Assembly (NCBI RefSeq): GCF_016432865.1
Contig: NC_067400.1
Coordinates: forward strand, 612,994,001 to 613,058,000
Direction: 5' to 3'
DNA length: 64,000 nucleotides
Source: Antechinus flavipes
Taxonomy: Eukaryota
The notes under the pieces were generated by a model. The model was not told where the DNA came from, ran no database searches, and worked only from the letters and a program-made list of their open reading frames with translations. Shown one piece after another: positions 34,601 to 46,720 of this stretch (positions are counted from its first letter, which is position 1; the number at the start of each line of letters is the position of its first letter). The translations under genes and the position numbers were made by a program.

Positions 34601-36889
34601 TGGGCCAAAGGGCTGCTCCCCGACCCAGTTGGAGGGTCCCGGCTGGTCGGGCCCCAGGAGAGCCTGGATGCCGCCCTCTCTCTCCCTCTGCCCCCACGGT
34701 AGCAGGCCCCTGGTCTGTCTCCCAGTCTTAGCGTCTCTGTCTCTGTGTCTCTGTCTGTCTTTTTGTGCATCTCCACTCGCTGTGTCTTTCTCTCTGTCTC
34801 TGTGTCTGTCTCTTTCTGTCTCTGTGTCTCTCTCCTTCTGTCTCTGTGTCTTTCTCTCTGTCTCTTTCTGTCTCTGTGTCTCTCTGTCTCTGTGTCTCTC
34901 TCTGTCTCTGTGTCTCTCTTTGTCTCTCTATCTCTGTATCTCTGTTTCCTGTCTCTGTGTCTGTCTCTCTGTGTCNNNNNNNNNNNNNNNNNNNNNNNNN
35001 NNNNNNNNNNNNNNNNNNNNNNNNNNNNNNNNNNNNNNNNNNNNNNNNNNNNNNNNNNNNNNNNNNNNNNNNNNNNNNNNNNNNNNNNNNNNNNNNNNNN
35101 NNNNNNNNNNNNNNNNNNNNNNNNNNNNNNNNNNNNNNNNNNNNNNNNNNNNNNNNNNNACATTGTCTTCTTCGGAGAGACGCTCCCAGCGCGCTTCTTC
35201 TCCTCCATGCAGTCGGTAGGTGTCCATGTTGGCTCCTCCCAATCCCTCCCGGTCCCTTAGAAGCTTGTGGGGGGGAGGGGAATGCGCCCAGTTTGGGTGC
35301 TCTCAGATGGCCCTGGGGCTCCCCCTGGTGGTGGTGCTGGGAGGGAGCTTCGGACCAGTGCCGTGGGCAGTGATGGGGGCGCCCGGGACAGGGGCAAGAA
35401 AGGCTGGGGAGGCAGGGGAGATCGCAGGGCATGCTGGGAAGGGGGACCGCCCGAGCCGGCTGGAGTATGCCTGGAATGTGGGGGGAGAGGCCTGTGCTGG
35501 GCAGGAGGCCTTGAACGCCAGCCGGAACAGGGCCCGGGGCTCCGGGCCAGATCCCTCAGCTCCGGCTGGGCTCTGAGAGGGGGAGACGGGGCAGGTGAAC
35601 ACGGCGGCCCCCCTCTGCCCCCCAGGACTTCCAGAAGGTGGATCTGCTCATCATCATGGGCACCTCGCTACAAGTGCAGCCCTTTGCCTCCCTCGTTAGC
35701 AAGTATGAGGGCGGGGGAGGGGGCGCTGGGGGCTGGGGGGGGGAGCCCAAGGGAGGAAGGGCACCTCATCTCTTGTCTGTCCATCCCCCGCCCCAGGGCC
35801 CCACTTGTCACCCCTCGCCTCCTCATCAATAAGGAGAAGACCGGACAGGTGAGTGCGCTCTCGGGGTGCCTCGGCCTGCAGGGCCCCGGCACGTTTAAGG
35901 GAGACGGCCCCTCAGATGGCGACGGGGGAGTCCGACCCTCTGGGGGCCTCTGAGTCCACCCCTTGTCCTCTTGGGGCCCCCCCGGCCAGCCCCGCCCACC
36001 GGTTAAGCCTCCTCCATGCGGCTGCTTTCTGATCGCCTTCTCTTCCTACAGCGGGACCCCTTCCTGGGGCTCATGGGTATGGGGGGAGGCATGGACTTCG
36101 ACTCGGACAAGGCCTATAGGTGAGGGGCTGGGGGAGGGTGTGGGCCGGGACTGGGGGGGGACCTAGGGGGAGGCGCGGGCCAGGGGGGGGGCTGGGGGAC
36201 CCAGAGAAGGAGCGGGCCAGTACTGGGGGGGGAGGGGGAGGCGCGGGCCGGGGGAGGGAGGGTGCGGGCCAGGGGGGGGGCTGGGGGACCCGGAGAAGGA
36301 GCGGGCCAGGACTGGGGGGGGACCTAGGGGGAGGCTGGGGGACCCAGAGAAGGAGCGGGCCAGGACTGGGGGGGGAGGGGGAGGCGCGGGCCAGGGGGGG
36401 GGCTGGGGGACCCGGAGAAGGAGCGGGCCAGGACTGGGGGGAGGGTGCGGGCCAGGACTGGGGGGGGACCTAGGGGGAGGCTGGGGGACCCGGAGAAGGA
36501 GCGGGCCAGGACTGGGGGACCGGCCTCAATGACGGGAGGGGCGGTTCTCAGTCGTGTCGCTTTCTCCCCCAGGGACGTGGCCTGGCTTGGGGACTGTGAC
36601 GAAGGCTGTCTAGCCTTGGCCGACCTCCTGGGATGGAAGGTATGCTTCGGGCCGTGGGCTCTGGGTCTCCGGCCTGGACCCGATGGCGTCTGTGGCTGAG
36701 ACCCCCGCTCTGTGCCCCCAGAAAGAGCTGGAGGAGCTGGTGAAGAAGGAGCACGCGGCCATCGAGGCGCAGGCCGGGACCAGCCTGCACCCTCTCGCCG
36801 CCCAGGCCAAGGCCGCCCAGGCTGGCAAGGAGCCCGCTCAGGCTGGCAAGGAACCCGCCAAGGCCGAGGAAGCCCAGAAGCCCCAGTGA
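31680..36889 (+). CDS. SIRT2: NAD-dependent protein deacetylase sirtuin-2, 16 exons, 393 aa
   Basis: Exons 31680-31695, 32190-32236, 32641-32689, 32785-32901, 33056-33097, 33224-33330, 33527-33583, 33788-33856, 34276-34405, 34505-34564, 35160-35215 (acceptor inside an N-run), 35626-35702, 35797-35848, 36052-36119, 36573-36639, 36722-36889 (1182 nt). Motifs [23 protein letters not shown], catalytic HG, four Zn cysteines, GTSLQVQPF. Confidence 0.97.
32267..32336. promoter_or_regulatory. Triple CCAAT box array (32/33-bp spacing) in SIRT2 intron 2
   Basis: TGATTGG three times, ATTGG at 32267, 32299 and 32332, with GGAAGT at 32321. Confidence 0.55.
34735..34975. repeat. (TC/TG)-rich simple repeat in SIRT2 intron 10, abutting N-run 34976-35159
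   Basis: Reiterated TCTCTG/TCTGTG. Confidence 0.9.
36140..36520. repeat. G-rich minisatellite in SIRT2 intron 14
   Basis: Recurring GGCTGGGGGACCC(A/G)GAGAAGGAGCGGGCCAGGACTGGGGGGG blocks. Confidence 0.85.
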
Positions 36890-37312
36890 CCTGGGGGACC
36901 GGAGGCCAGGGCCCCCTCCCCTGGGGCTGCTCCCGAGGGGACAAACACTGCCCTCAGCTCTAACCCTCCCGGGGCCCTCCCGCTCCCCGGCGCCTAACCT
37001 CCCCCGCCCGCCGAGCTCTAACTCTAACTGCCCTTGGGGTCCAGCTTCTCAGCAGAGAGTTTGGGACCTGAACATCCCGGCCTCTAACCCTTCCCGAGCC
37101 CTGCATCTGGGGGCGTCGGGACTGGGAGCCCGCCATCTCCCCTCCCCCGGGACGCCGGGCTCTCTGCCCTCAGCGTCCCCCTAACAGCTAGCCCGACCCC
37201 GGGAGATGAGGGCCTGCGCCCCCCGAGCCCCCCCCACCCCGCCCTCCCTTGGACACTGAAAGCGCTGGAAAGCCGGGGGGGGACGTGGGGAACGTGTCTG
37301 TGACTGCAACGA

Positions 37313-37318
37313 AATAAA
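37313..37318 (+). terminator. SIRT2 polyA signal
   Basis: AATAAA ~420 nt after the stop. Confidence 0.7.
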
Positions 37319-38012
37319 GCCGAGAATGGGATCCGCTTCCCATCTGTGTGTGTCTCTGGAAGGGGCTTTGGGGGTCAGGAGCCGGGCCTCGGGGGGGCAT
37401 TGCCCAAGAGCAGCCTCAGGGCGGCGGGAGGGAAGTGGGCTCGAGGGCAGGGGACGCTCATCCTCGGGCACCTGGAGGAAGCGGGCTGGGCTCTCCGGAG
37501 CTTCCGGAAATGGGGGGGCCAAAAGGGACACTTGAATTCTGTATCATGTGTCAGAAAGAGTGAGATCCTGGGGACCCCCGTCCCCCACGCCGGGGTTTCC
37601 AAGGCCAGACCCGACTCCCCAAGAAGAAGGAGAGGAAGTTTTGGAGGCGGCCCTTCCCCCTTGCAGGCCCCTCCCCCTCCCAGCCCCCCCTTCCGCTGGG
37701 CTGGCCGGGTTCCTCTCAGGGGAGAAATGACTTCCTGTTGCTCTCCCCACGAAGAACAGGTAGCGTGGGTCCCTCGGGAGCCCAGGTGCCCGGCCTCCCC
37801 TGGGGCCCCGTGTCCAGCCAACCCCCCTCCCTGGGGACCCGGGCAGCCGAGCCCCTGCCATCTACTCCCCTGGGACCTGGGGGACCCTCTGTCCCGGGAG
37901 CCTCCTCGGGCCCCCCGCCCTTCTCTGGGGAGGGCCCATCGTGGGGATCCCCGTGACCCAGCCCCTCTGCCCAGGTCCAGGAGGGGGGCCTTGGATTCCC
38001 CGGCACCGCAGG

Positions 38013-41000
38013 ATGCAGCCGGCCGAGGATTCGGGAGCCAGAGATCCTCAGGAGGGGGAGAGGTGAGGGGGGCGGGGGGCCTGCCCCTTCCTTTTCCAAC
38101 CTGTTCTTCACCGGACCCGTTACCCTCGCTCTGCCCCCCATACTCTTCTCTGGGAGAGGAGCCCCTTGGACGTGACTCCCCCAGTCCTAGCCCCGGGCCC
38201 GCTTCCTGCCGCCCCTCCGGGTTTGGCCAGTCCGGGCCCAGTGCGGCTGAGAGCCCCCCGTGATGCTCCCAGGCTCCCGGAGCTGACGCTCCGCCTGATG
38301 AGGACTCGGGGTCTGTGGCACATCCCCGACCTGGACGCCCGGAGCGCTCTCGACATCCTGGCCCAGCAGCCCCCCGGGGTGTGTGTGCTGGGACCCCTGG
38401 GGTGAGTGTGCTGGGGGATCCCCGGGCCCCCCTGAGCCTCCTCGGGCCAGGATGGCTCCTCTTCCCTCCAGCCTTTCCTCCCTGTGATCCCCCAGAGTTT
38501 CCTCGTCACCGGCTTCGGCCTGAGCCTGGCCCTGACCGTGAGTACGGCCCCGCACCCGGAGGCCCTGGGAACCTTCCGGATTCTGGAGAGCTCTGCGGGT
38601 GAGGACCCCGGCCCCGCCCCGAAGGAGGCCCCTCCCCCCTCGGGCCCCTCCCCCCCTGGGGCCCCTCCCCCCGGGGCCCCTCCCCCCGGGGCCCCTCCCC
38701 CCGGGACCCCTCCCCCCTCGGGCCCCTCCCCCCGGGGCCCCTCCCCCCGGGGCCCCTCCCCCCCCCCCTCCCAGGGCCCTGACGCGTGTCCCCCACTGGG
38801 GCCGTCCCGGGCCTGGCCAACCGCCCCGCGCTGCCCCCAGGAGTGACCCTGCAAGGCTCCCGGCTCAGCTTCCCAGACCTGCCCGCGCTGCTGGCCTTCC
38901 TCTCCACCAGCAGGTAGGGGGCGCCCTCGGGGAGCCCGGGGTGGGGGGCCCTCACCCGGCCCTGCGTGTGACCCTCTTCTCCTCCCCAGGGACGTCCTGC
39001 CCCAGCCCCTGCTGCTCCCCCCCGGATCCCTGGGGCCCGGAGCCCCCGCTCCCGGTGAGTCTCCCCCCAGCCGCGGGGCCCGGCCCCCGGCCCCCCCGTC
39101 AGCTCTAGCTCCCCCCCCAGAGCCGCTCCAGACGGGCACGGTCCGGATCACCCGCAGCAGGGGGGCCCTCTCGGTGGTGAACCCCCTGTACCTGCGGTGC
39201 CACGAGCCCGGGGGAGTCGGGGAGAAGAACCCAGAGACGGTGCAGAGGGATTCCCTGGGTAAGGGGGGGGTAGGGGGCGGGAGCTCGGGATGGGGGGGAG
39301 CTTGGGATTGGGGGGGAGCTTGGGAGGGGGGGGAGCTCCGGATGGGGGGGGAGCTTGGGAGGGGGGGGAGCTCCGGATGGGGGGGAGCTCGGGATGGGGG
39401 GGAGCTTGGGAGGGGGGAGGGGAGCTCGGGATGGGGGGGGAACTTGGGATGGGGGGGGAGTTCGGGAGGGGGGAGGGGAGCTTGGGATGGGGGGGGAACT
39501 TGGGATGGGGGGGGGGAGTTCGGGAGGGGGGAGGGGAGCTCGGGATGGGGGGGAGCTTGGGAGGGGGGGGAGCTCCGGAAGGCCGCCCAGGCTGTGGGGG
39601 GAAGATTCAGACAGTGCTCCCCCCTCTCTCTCTCCAGCCCCTCAGCCTGTGGGCTCTCACCGGGTCTCTTGGATAGAGGGGGCTCCCTGCCCCGAGCCGG
39701 AGCCTGAGGTGTGCTCCCTGCACAGCCTGGAGGAAGGGGAGGACGGGCTGGTGGAGGACAGGCTGAGGGGGGCCGAGGAGGCCGGGGAGGAGGGGGAGGA
39801 CGACGCGGAGCCCACAGACGGGGTGTACCACCGAGTGCAGGCCCTGGCCCAGGCCCGGGGCAGCCTTGTGGCCAAGGGCCTTCGCGCCCTTCAGGCCAGG
39901 CTGAGGGAAGCCCAGGGGGGTCCCCGGGGGCCCGAGGCTGGGGACCCGGCCACCGAGCTGCTGCAGGACGTCCATCGCCTCCTCGCTGACCTCAAGGAGC
40001 AGCTGGTGGATGACCCGGAGGTCCAGGCTGCGCACAGGGCTTGGACAGCCCCGCGCACCCGGCCCCACGAGGAGCTGGGTAAGGACCGCGCTCCCGCGTC
40101 GGCATCTGCACTGGGCCCCGGCCCCCCTCCCCCCCGCGGCCCCCCCTTCCCCTGCCGTCCATCTCCTTCAGTCCGTGAGCCTGTGAGGAGCCTGGGCTGG
40201 GGGGGGGGGGCTGTGCCCCGCCCCCGATCCCCTGCACTCGGGCACACCCACAAGCTGGGGGAGGGGGGGAGGGAAAGGCGGGGGAGGGGCCACAAGGGCA
40301 CAAGGAGTTTGACCCAAGTTTTGAAGGAGATTTGGGCTCCTGAGGCCGGAAGGTGAGGAGAAAGAGCTTTCTGGGTGTGAAGAACGTCCTCCACGTGCAG
40401 TGGGGCCGAAGGAGAGGCGGGACTCCGCCGTGGGGGAGCCCGGGCAGCTCGTAAGGGGGGCCGGGAGCCGGCTAGCTCCGGCGTCAGGGCCCGACAGGGC
40501 CGGGAGCACTTCCTCTGGAAGAGTCACCTGAGTAACCGGGGGTGGGCTGGGAGAGGGGAGCAGGGCCGAGTTCTGAGCCCTGGCTACCTGGGGGGCAGCT
40601 CTGCAGAGAGCCCGAATCCTGCCCGAGGGGCTGCCGCTCACTTCACCCCGAGGCCGCCTTTAAAAAAAGGAAAAGAGGAAACCAGAACAAGCTGGGTTTG
40701 GGCCAAGTCAAGCTGGGGGTTCCTGCGGCCCTTCCAGGGGAAAGATGCAGTGGGAGCGTCTCACCCGGGCCGAGGAAAGCGCTGGATCTAGATCCGGGAC
40801 CGAGGGAGCCGAGGGGGGTGGGGAGAAAGTGGGCGAACACGGCCGCCAGAGAATGGTCATGGAGCAGCAGCGGGGGTCGGGGAGGAGCCCTTGGATGGGC
40901 AAAGGAAGAAGCAGGAAAGCGTCATCCAAAAGGAGGNNNNNNNNNNNNNNNNNNNNNNNNNNNNNNNNNNNNNNNNNNNNNNNNNNNNNNNNNNNNNNNN

Positions 41001-43071
41001 NNNNNNNNNNNNNNNNNNNNNNNNNNNNNNNNNNNNNNNNNNNNNNNNNNNNNNNNNNNNNNNNNNNNNNNNNNNNNNNNNNNNNNNNNNNNNNNNNNNN
41101 NNNNNNNNNNNNNNNNNNNNNNNNNNNNNNNNNNNNNNNNNNNNNNNNNNNNNNNNNNNNNNNNNNNNNNNNNNNNNNNNNNNNNNNNNNNNNNNNNNNN
41201 NNNNNNNNNNNNNNNNNNNNNNNNNNNNNNNNNNNNNNNNNNNNNNNNNNNNNNNNNNNNNNNNNNNNNNNNNNNNNNNNNNNNNNNNNNNNNNNNNNNN
41301 NNNNNNNNNNNNNNNNNNNNNNNNNNNNNNNNNNNNNNNNNNNNNATGGGATGATTCAGCAGTTCTGAAGATGGCACAAGAGGGGAGGGGCTGGTGGGGC
41401 CGGCCTGGATGCTTTGTAAAGGAGGCCGGTGGGACTTTGAGGGGTGAAGGAGGAGGTCAGAGAGGTTGGCCCTGGGAGGGAAGTGTGGGGAGGCTGGGGG
41501 AGGCTGGGCAGCTCCCCAGAGGTGTGGCTTTGAGGGCCGGCGTGTCCTGGACTTCCAGGGGTCCCTCCTGTCCGGCCTCCTCTTGCCCGGCCTGTGTCCT
41601 GGCGGGTCTGCACGCGTGCTCCCTCACCCCCCGGGATGGTGGCGGGGCCGTCTCCCCTGTCTGTCCCCACCGACGGCTGGAACTGCGCCGAGCAGGGTCC
41701 CCAAGTGGGACTTCCTGCCCTGGGGCAAACAGCGTTAGTGGAGGAGCGCAGGGGCCCCGGGGGGCAGCCTAAAGCGGCCCAGTTGTGGTGCTCCCTGCCT
41801 GGAAGACGTGCTCCCCTTGCCGTGGGAGCCTCCCGGGTCGCAGCATATCAGTCACTCAGCAAACGCTGACCAGGCTCCGGCTGTTTGCTGGGCACTGTGT
41901 TAAGCACTAAAAGTGCGCTCGGAGCTCCCACCCTGATGGGGGAAGAAGAAAGGGGGCTGGGGTGGCAGCGAAGGCCGGGGCGGCTCCCCACGGTCCCGTC
42001 CGTCCCCAGAAGCCATGGTGGAGGCCGCTGTGTGCTGGGTGCTCCTGAGGCCGCTGCAGCCGGTCCTGTGGACCAAGCTTCGGATCCTGCGGGCCCGAGA
42101 TCTCCAGCAGCTCCAGTGGCGCCAGGAGGTGATGCGGGCCTGGGCGCTGCAGGAGGGCCCCCGCCCGGAAGCCCCCGGGCCCAGCCCGACCCGGCGCCGC
42201 ATCCACGCCCGCCTGGCCCGCCTGCACGCCGCCCGCGCCCCCCAGCGCAAGGTGTCCATCCTGCTGGCCGTCTGCCGGGACGTCTACGCCGGCCTCGCCC
42301 GCACCGGGGGCCAGGGTAAGAGGGGCTGCGCGGCGTCGCGGCTGGGGGGGGCCCAGCTCCCCGTGAGCCCAGCCCTCCCTCCCCGCAGAGCCCCTGGGGG
42401 CCGACGACTTCCTGCCGGCCCTGACCGAGGAGCTCCTGTGGAGTCCGGACATCGAGGCCACCCAGCTGGACGTGGAGTTCCTGATGGAGATCCTGGACCC
42501 CGCGGAGCTCCTGGGGGAGAGTAAGGGGGCAGCGGGGGGCTCCGGGCGCCCAGAGCCTCACCTGCCATCGGGGCTCCCGGGGCCTTAGTGCAGAGGAAGG
42601 GATGGTGGCTTCCCGGGGGGGCGGGGAGGGGGGATTCAACGGCAGCCAAGGCCCCCTGGGGGGAGCGGGGGCCGGAGGCGAGTCTGGTCCCTCTGGCTCC
42701 CCCTGCAGCCGGCTACTACCTCACCTCCTGGTTCGGGGCCCTCCACCACATCGCCCACTTCCAGCCAGCGGCGTCCGGGCCGGCCCCGAAGGGCCTCAGC
42801 TACGAGGCCAGGGCCTCCATCCGCCTTTGGCAGCGCCGGCGCACTCTGCACGCCTCGGGCCGCACCGCGCCCAGGTAACCTGCCGGCCTCTCCGGGGGGG
42901 GGGGGCACCTGGACTCCGGGGGAGCGTGCCCCCCCCAAACGCCCTCCTCCCCAACCCAGCCCATCCAAGCAACTCGAGAAACCCTGGGCCAGTCTGGGAG
43001 AGGACAAGGCCGGAGCCGAGACCGACCAGCCGTCAGAGGCGGCTGCTCCCTTTGCCATCGGCGACCTGTGA
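38013..43071 (+). CDS. RINL: Ras and Rab interactor-like protein (SH2-like + VPS9 GEF domain), ~577 aa
   Basis: Exons 38013-38062, 38231-38378 (acceptor least certain), 38496-38598, 38841-38913, 38990-39054, 39121-39258, 39638-40078, 42010-42315, 42389-42520, 42709-42874, 42960-43071 (1734 nt, in frame). Motifs [25 protein letters not shown] and [11 protein letters not shown] (VPS9). Probable non-coding exon donor at 37759/37760. Confidence 0.88.
38630..38770. repeat. 15-bp C-rich tandem repeat in a RINL intron
   Basis: GGGCCCCTCCCCCC(G/T) x ~8. Confidence 0.85.
39265..39580. repeat. G-rich tandem repeat in a RINL intron (G-quadruplex prone)
   Basis: Reiterated GGAGCT(T/C)(G/C)GGA(T/G)GGGGGG units. 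Confidence 0.85.
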
Positions 43072-43289
43072 CCCAGGATGTCCGAGCCAGCGATCGCAAC
43101 TCAGAGCGGCCCCTGGCCCCGGCCTTCCCTGCCCCAAACAAGAGCACTTGAACTCTCATCTTTGTTTTCTCTCCCGTGTCTCCTTTGGGCTGGACTAGGG
43201 ATCTGTAAGAAGGGTTTGGGGGAGATATCCGAGTTCCTGGGAAGGGAGTTTCCAGGGGGAAGGCTCCATCTGCCATGAGCTCCCTCCCT

Positions 43290-44820
43290 TCTCTCTGCCC
43301 TCTTCTCCCTCCCTCCTACTTCTCTTTCTCTGTCTCTGTCCTATCTGTTTCTGTCTCTAGCTCTGTCTCTTTCCTCCTCCCTACCTCCTCTTTGTCTGTT
43401 TCTGTCTCCTTCCCTCTTCTGACTCCTTCTTCCTCTTCTTTGTTTATCTCTGTCCTGTCTGTCTCTGTTCCTTCCTTCTCTGTTTCTGTCCTGTCTCTGT
43501 CTCACTCTGTCTCTTTGTCTCTGTCCTGTTTCTGTCTTCTTCCTTCCTCTTCCTCTTCTTTGTCTCTGTGTGTCTCTGTCCCTTCCCTCTTCTCTATCTC
43601 TGTCCTGTCTCTTTCTATCTCTCTCTCCCTGTCTCTTTGTCTCTCTGTGTGTGTCTTTGTCCTGTCTCTGTCTCTGTTCCTTCCCTCTCCTTGTCTCTGT
43701 CCTGTCTGTCTCTCCCTGTCTCTGTCTCTCCCTGTCTCTGTCTCTGTCTCTCCCTGTCTCTCTGTTCCTTCCCTCTCCCTGTCTCTGTCCTGTCTCTGTC
43801 TCTGTCTCTCTCTGTCTCTGTTCCTTCCCTCTCCCTGTCTCTGTCCTGTCTCTGTCTCTGTTCCTTCCCTCNNNNNNNNNNNNNNNNNNNNNNNNNNNNN
43901 NNNNNNNNNNNNNNNNNNNNNNNNNNNNNNNNNNNNNNNNNNNNNNNNNNNNNNNNNNNNNNNNNNNNNNNNNNNNNNNNNNNNNNNNNNNNNNNNNNNN
44001 NNNNNNNNNNNNNNNNNNNNNNNNNNNNNNNNNNNNNNNNNNNNNNNNNNNNNNNNNNNNNNNNNNNNNNNNNNNNNNNNNTGTCTCTGTCCTGTCTCTG
44101 TCTCTCCCTGTCTCTGTCTCTGTTCCTTCCCTCNNNNNNNNNNNNNNNNNNNNNNNNNNNNNNNNNNNNNNNNNNNNNNNNNNNNNNNNNNNNNNNNNNN
44201 NNNNNNNNNNNNNNNNNNNNNNNNNNNNNNNNNNNNNNNNNNNNNNNNNNNNNNNNNNNNNNNNNNNNNNNNNNNNNNNNNNNNNNNNNNTGTCTCTGTC
44301 TCTGTTCCTTCCCTCTCCCTGTCTCTGTCCTGTCTCTGTCTCTCTGTCTCTGTCTCTCCCTGTCTCTGTCTCTGTTCCTTCCCTCTCCCTGTCTCTGTCC
44401 TGTCTCTGTCTCTCTGTCTCTGTCTCTCCCTGTCTCTGTCTCTCCTTGTCTCTGTCCTGTCTGTCTCTCCCTATCTCTGTCTCTCCCTGTCTCTGTCTCT
44501 GTCTCTCTCTGTCTCTCCCTCTGTCTCTGTTCCTTCCCTCTCCCTGTCTCTGTCTCTATTCCTTCCCTCNNNNNNNNNNNNNNNNNNNNNNNNNNNNNNN
44601 NNNNNNNNNNNNNNNNNNNNNNNNNNNNNNNNNNNNNNNNNNNNNNNNNNNNNNNNNNNNNNNNNNNNNNNNNNNNNNNNNNNNNNNNNNNNNNNNNNNN
44701 NNNNNNNNNNNNNNNNNNNNNNNNNNNNNNNNNNNNNNNNNNNNNNNNNNNNNNGTCTCTGTCCTGTCTCTGTCTCTGTCTCTCCCTGTCTCTGTCTCTC
44801 TCTCTGTCTCTGTCTCCCCT
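43290..44820. repeat. Long (TC/TG)-rich simple repeat with higher-order units, interrupted by N-runs 43872-44081, 44134-44290 and 44570-44754
   Basis: Reiterated TGTCTCTGTCTCTGTTCCTTCCCTCTCCC. Confidence 0.9.
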
Positions 44821-45499
44821 CCTTTATTCCCATATCACTGATGAGGGTGGCCCTTCTCCTCTCGGCCAGCCCCTCCACACCCCTTGATTGTGTCCCCTCC
44901 TGCCTCCTCAGGCACCTCGTTCCGCAGTCAGTCTCTAATTTTCAAGCCTCCTTCTCTAGCTCCTGTCAGGCTCCATTGCGAAGCTAAGAGCTAGGAGGGA
45001 CCAGGTCACTCTCCCAGCCCCTTTCACGGCGGCATTCTCTCCTCCAAGTCCCCAGACAAGCAACCACCTGAACTCTGAACTCACCCCTCTCAGACTGCCC
45101 ATCCAGCTTTGCCACGGTGCTGATAATTTGAACATTTTCTTTTGTCGTCTACCCTCTAGGACTTTGCAAAATAAGTCCTTCCTTCCCTCCCCTCCCCCAT
45201 AGGCCTTCAGAGCCCAGAAGCTGCTTCCTGCCCTCTCCTGCCTCTCCCAGTCCGTCCTTCTCTTCTCTGGGCCAGATCGCCACCTCCCCCACTCACGATG
45301 TCCTTCAGCTGACAGTTGTAGGTCATTCTCATTGGAAAGAAAAGAGGGCAAAGGCCCAGGCCGCCACAGGAGCAGCTCTCCCAAAGAGAATCTGTCCCAC
45401 CAGAATTTTAACCAACCAATTCATGGGGAGGCCTTCCAGGCCCGGGTTCTGATCCTGCATCCCCTCAAGGACCCAATCCACATCCTCAGCGTCCTGGTC

Positions 45500-45850
45500 A
45501 TGCTCCCAACTTGTTAGTGTGTCTCTTCAAAACTAGTGCCCGGAACTGAATTCAGGCTGCTTGAGGGTCCAACCGGGGCATAGGGGAGGCTCCCGGCGCC
45601 TTCCTCCAGGCCGCTCCGTGCCGTCTGGCGCACCCCGGCTCGGAGGCTGCCAGCTCCCGTCGCTGGTCCCTGGGGAGTCCACATCGAGCCCCTTCTCAGA
45701 CGATTCTAGCTCTCGCAGGTCAGACCTCCCATCTGTTTTATTCTTAATCCAAGGCTCGTTCTCCCAAGTAAAGAAAATGGACTCCAAATCCAGGTTGAAT
45801 GCAGAATCCTGCAGCCTTTTCTCTCTGTCTACATTGTCTCCTGCCCTCCA
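45500..45850. mobile_element. CR1/L3-like LINE fragment
   Basis: TCTCTTCAAAACTAGTGCCCGGAACTGAATTCAGGCTGCTTGAG resembles the L3/CR1 motif (AAAATGTGGTGCCCAGAACTGAAC). Confidence 0.4.
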
Positions 45851-46329
45851 CGGTCCTCGTCCTTCATGGGCCTTCCTCTGTTCCCTACCATCGCCCTTGG
45901 GTTTTTTAGTCATTTTCCTTTTGTTCTCCCCCGCATCCATGCTTAGCTCCGGCTCACACAGGGATCTTTAGGCACAGTTCTTACAGAGTCATGGGGCTTT
46001 TTGCAATTCATCCTGTTACCTGCTCAGGCTTCTTTCTTCTCACTTCCTGAGTGGCCCTGAGATCACACAATCCAGCGGGACCTCCTCCTGCCTCATTCTT
46101 GTCCCTGTCCTCCCATAAAATTCCTCTGTACGGATCTCACCAAAGCACTAAAAGCCTTCTTCTCAGTCTTTTACCACACAAAGGACTATGGTAGGGTATT
46201 GATTGTGTTAAATCAATGCCATTTTTTTAATTTTAAAAGAATTTTATTACAATTTGTCCTATCTGTGCAAATTTATGTAAATACACTTGTATTATGATTA
46301 GCAGCAGATATTGCAATTTTACTTCAAAT

Positions 46330-46720
46330 AATGTTTACCCTGCAATCTCTGCAAAGGAGCAAAGGTCATGTGTCAGCTCGGTCCTTTGAGGTATTCTTCA
46401 ATTGTAGTCCTTCTGCATTAAGAGGCCTCCAGCTGTTCCTCTACTCTGCTTTTGGCCTTGATGTACGATCAGCCCACTTCTTTTTTCCCTTCCCACACTT
46501 TCCGGATGAAATGAAATGTTTTTGAGTCACTGCTAGACGCATCCTCATTTGAGAAACATCTGTCCGTCATTCTTTTGGCCGTGTGTAATTTTGACCCTTC
46601 TGAGATCCTCCTGGTGTCCCTGGCCAGCATCATCTGGAAAATGACGGGGCCAGGAAGACGTGATTTTTGTGTTAGGGAAGAGTTGTGTGACTTCTCGGAT
46701 GTGGCCCAACGTGACTCGTC
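46330..46720 (-). mobile_element. RTE-clade LINE fragment (degenerate ORF C-terminus)
   Basis: Mixed-frame translation gives FSNED..SK...KKKWAD..RPK...WRPLN, resembling the RTE C-terminal IRNEDLR...RKKKWAGH.ARAKD...WYPLN motif. Confidence 0.45.

Noticed and set aside
37727-37759. ATG ACT TCC... as the RINL start codon
   Set aside because: Out of frame once spliced to the exon at 38012. ATG 38013 (MQPAEDS...GE) matches the expected 50-nt first coding exon. The 37727 ATG is at most a uORF or part of an ETS site.
39355-40356. 333-aa ORF running from the G-rich intron into RINL exon 8
   Set aside because: The intron (39259-39637, 379 nt) is not a multiple of 3, so it is not an in-frame retained intron. 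The Gly-rich part is repeat-derived.
43275-44987. 570/439/423-aa S/L/C/V-rich ORFs
   Set aside because: Translations of (TC/TG)n simple repeats and N-runs. The same applies to ORFs at 10373-10868, 34516-35432 and 49186-49796.
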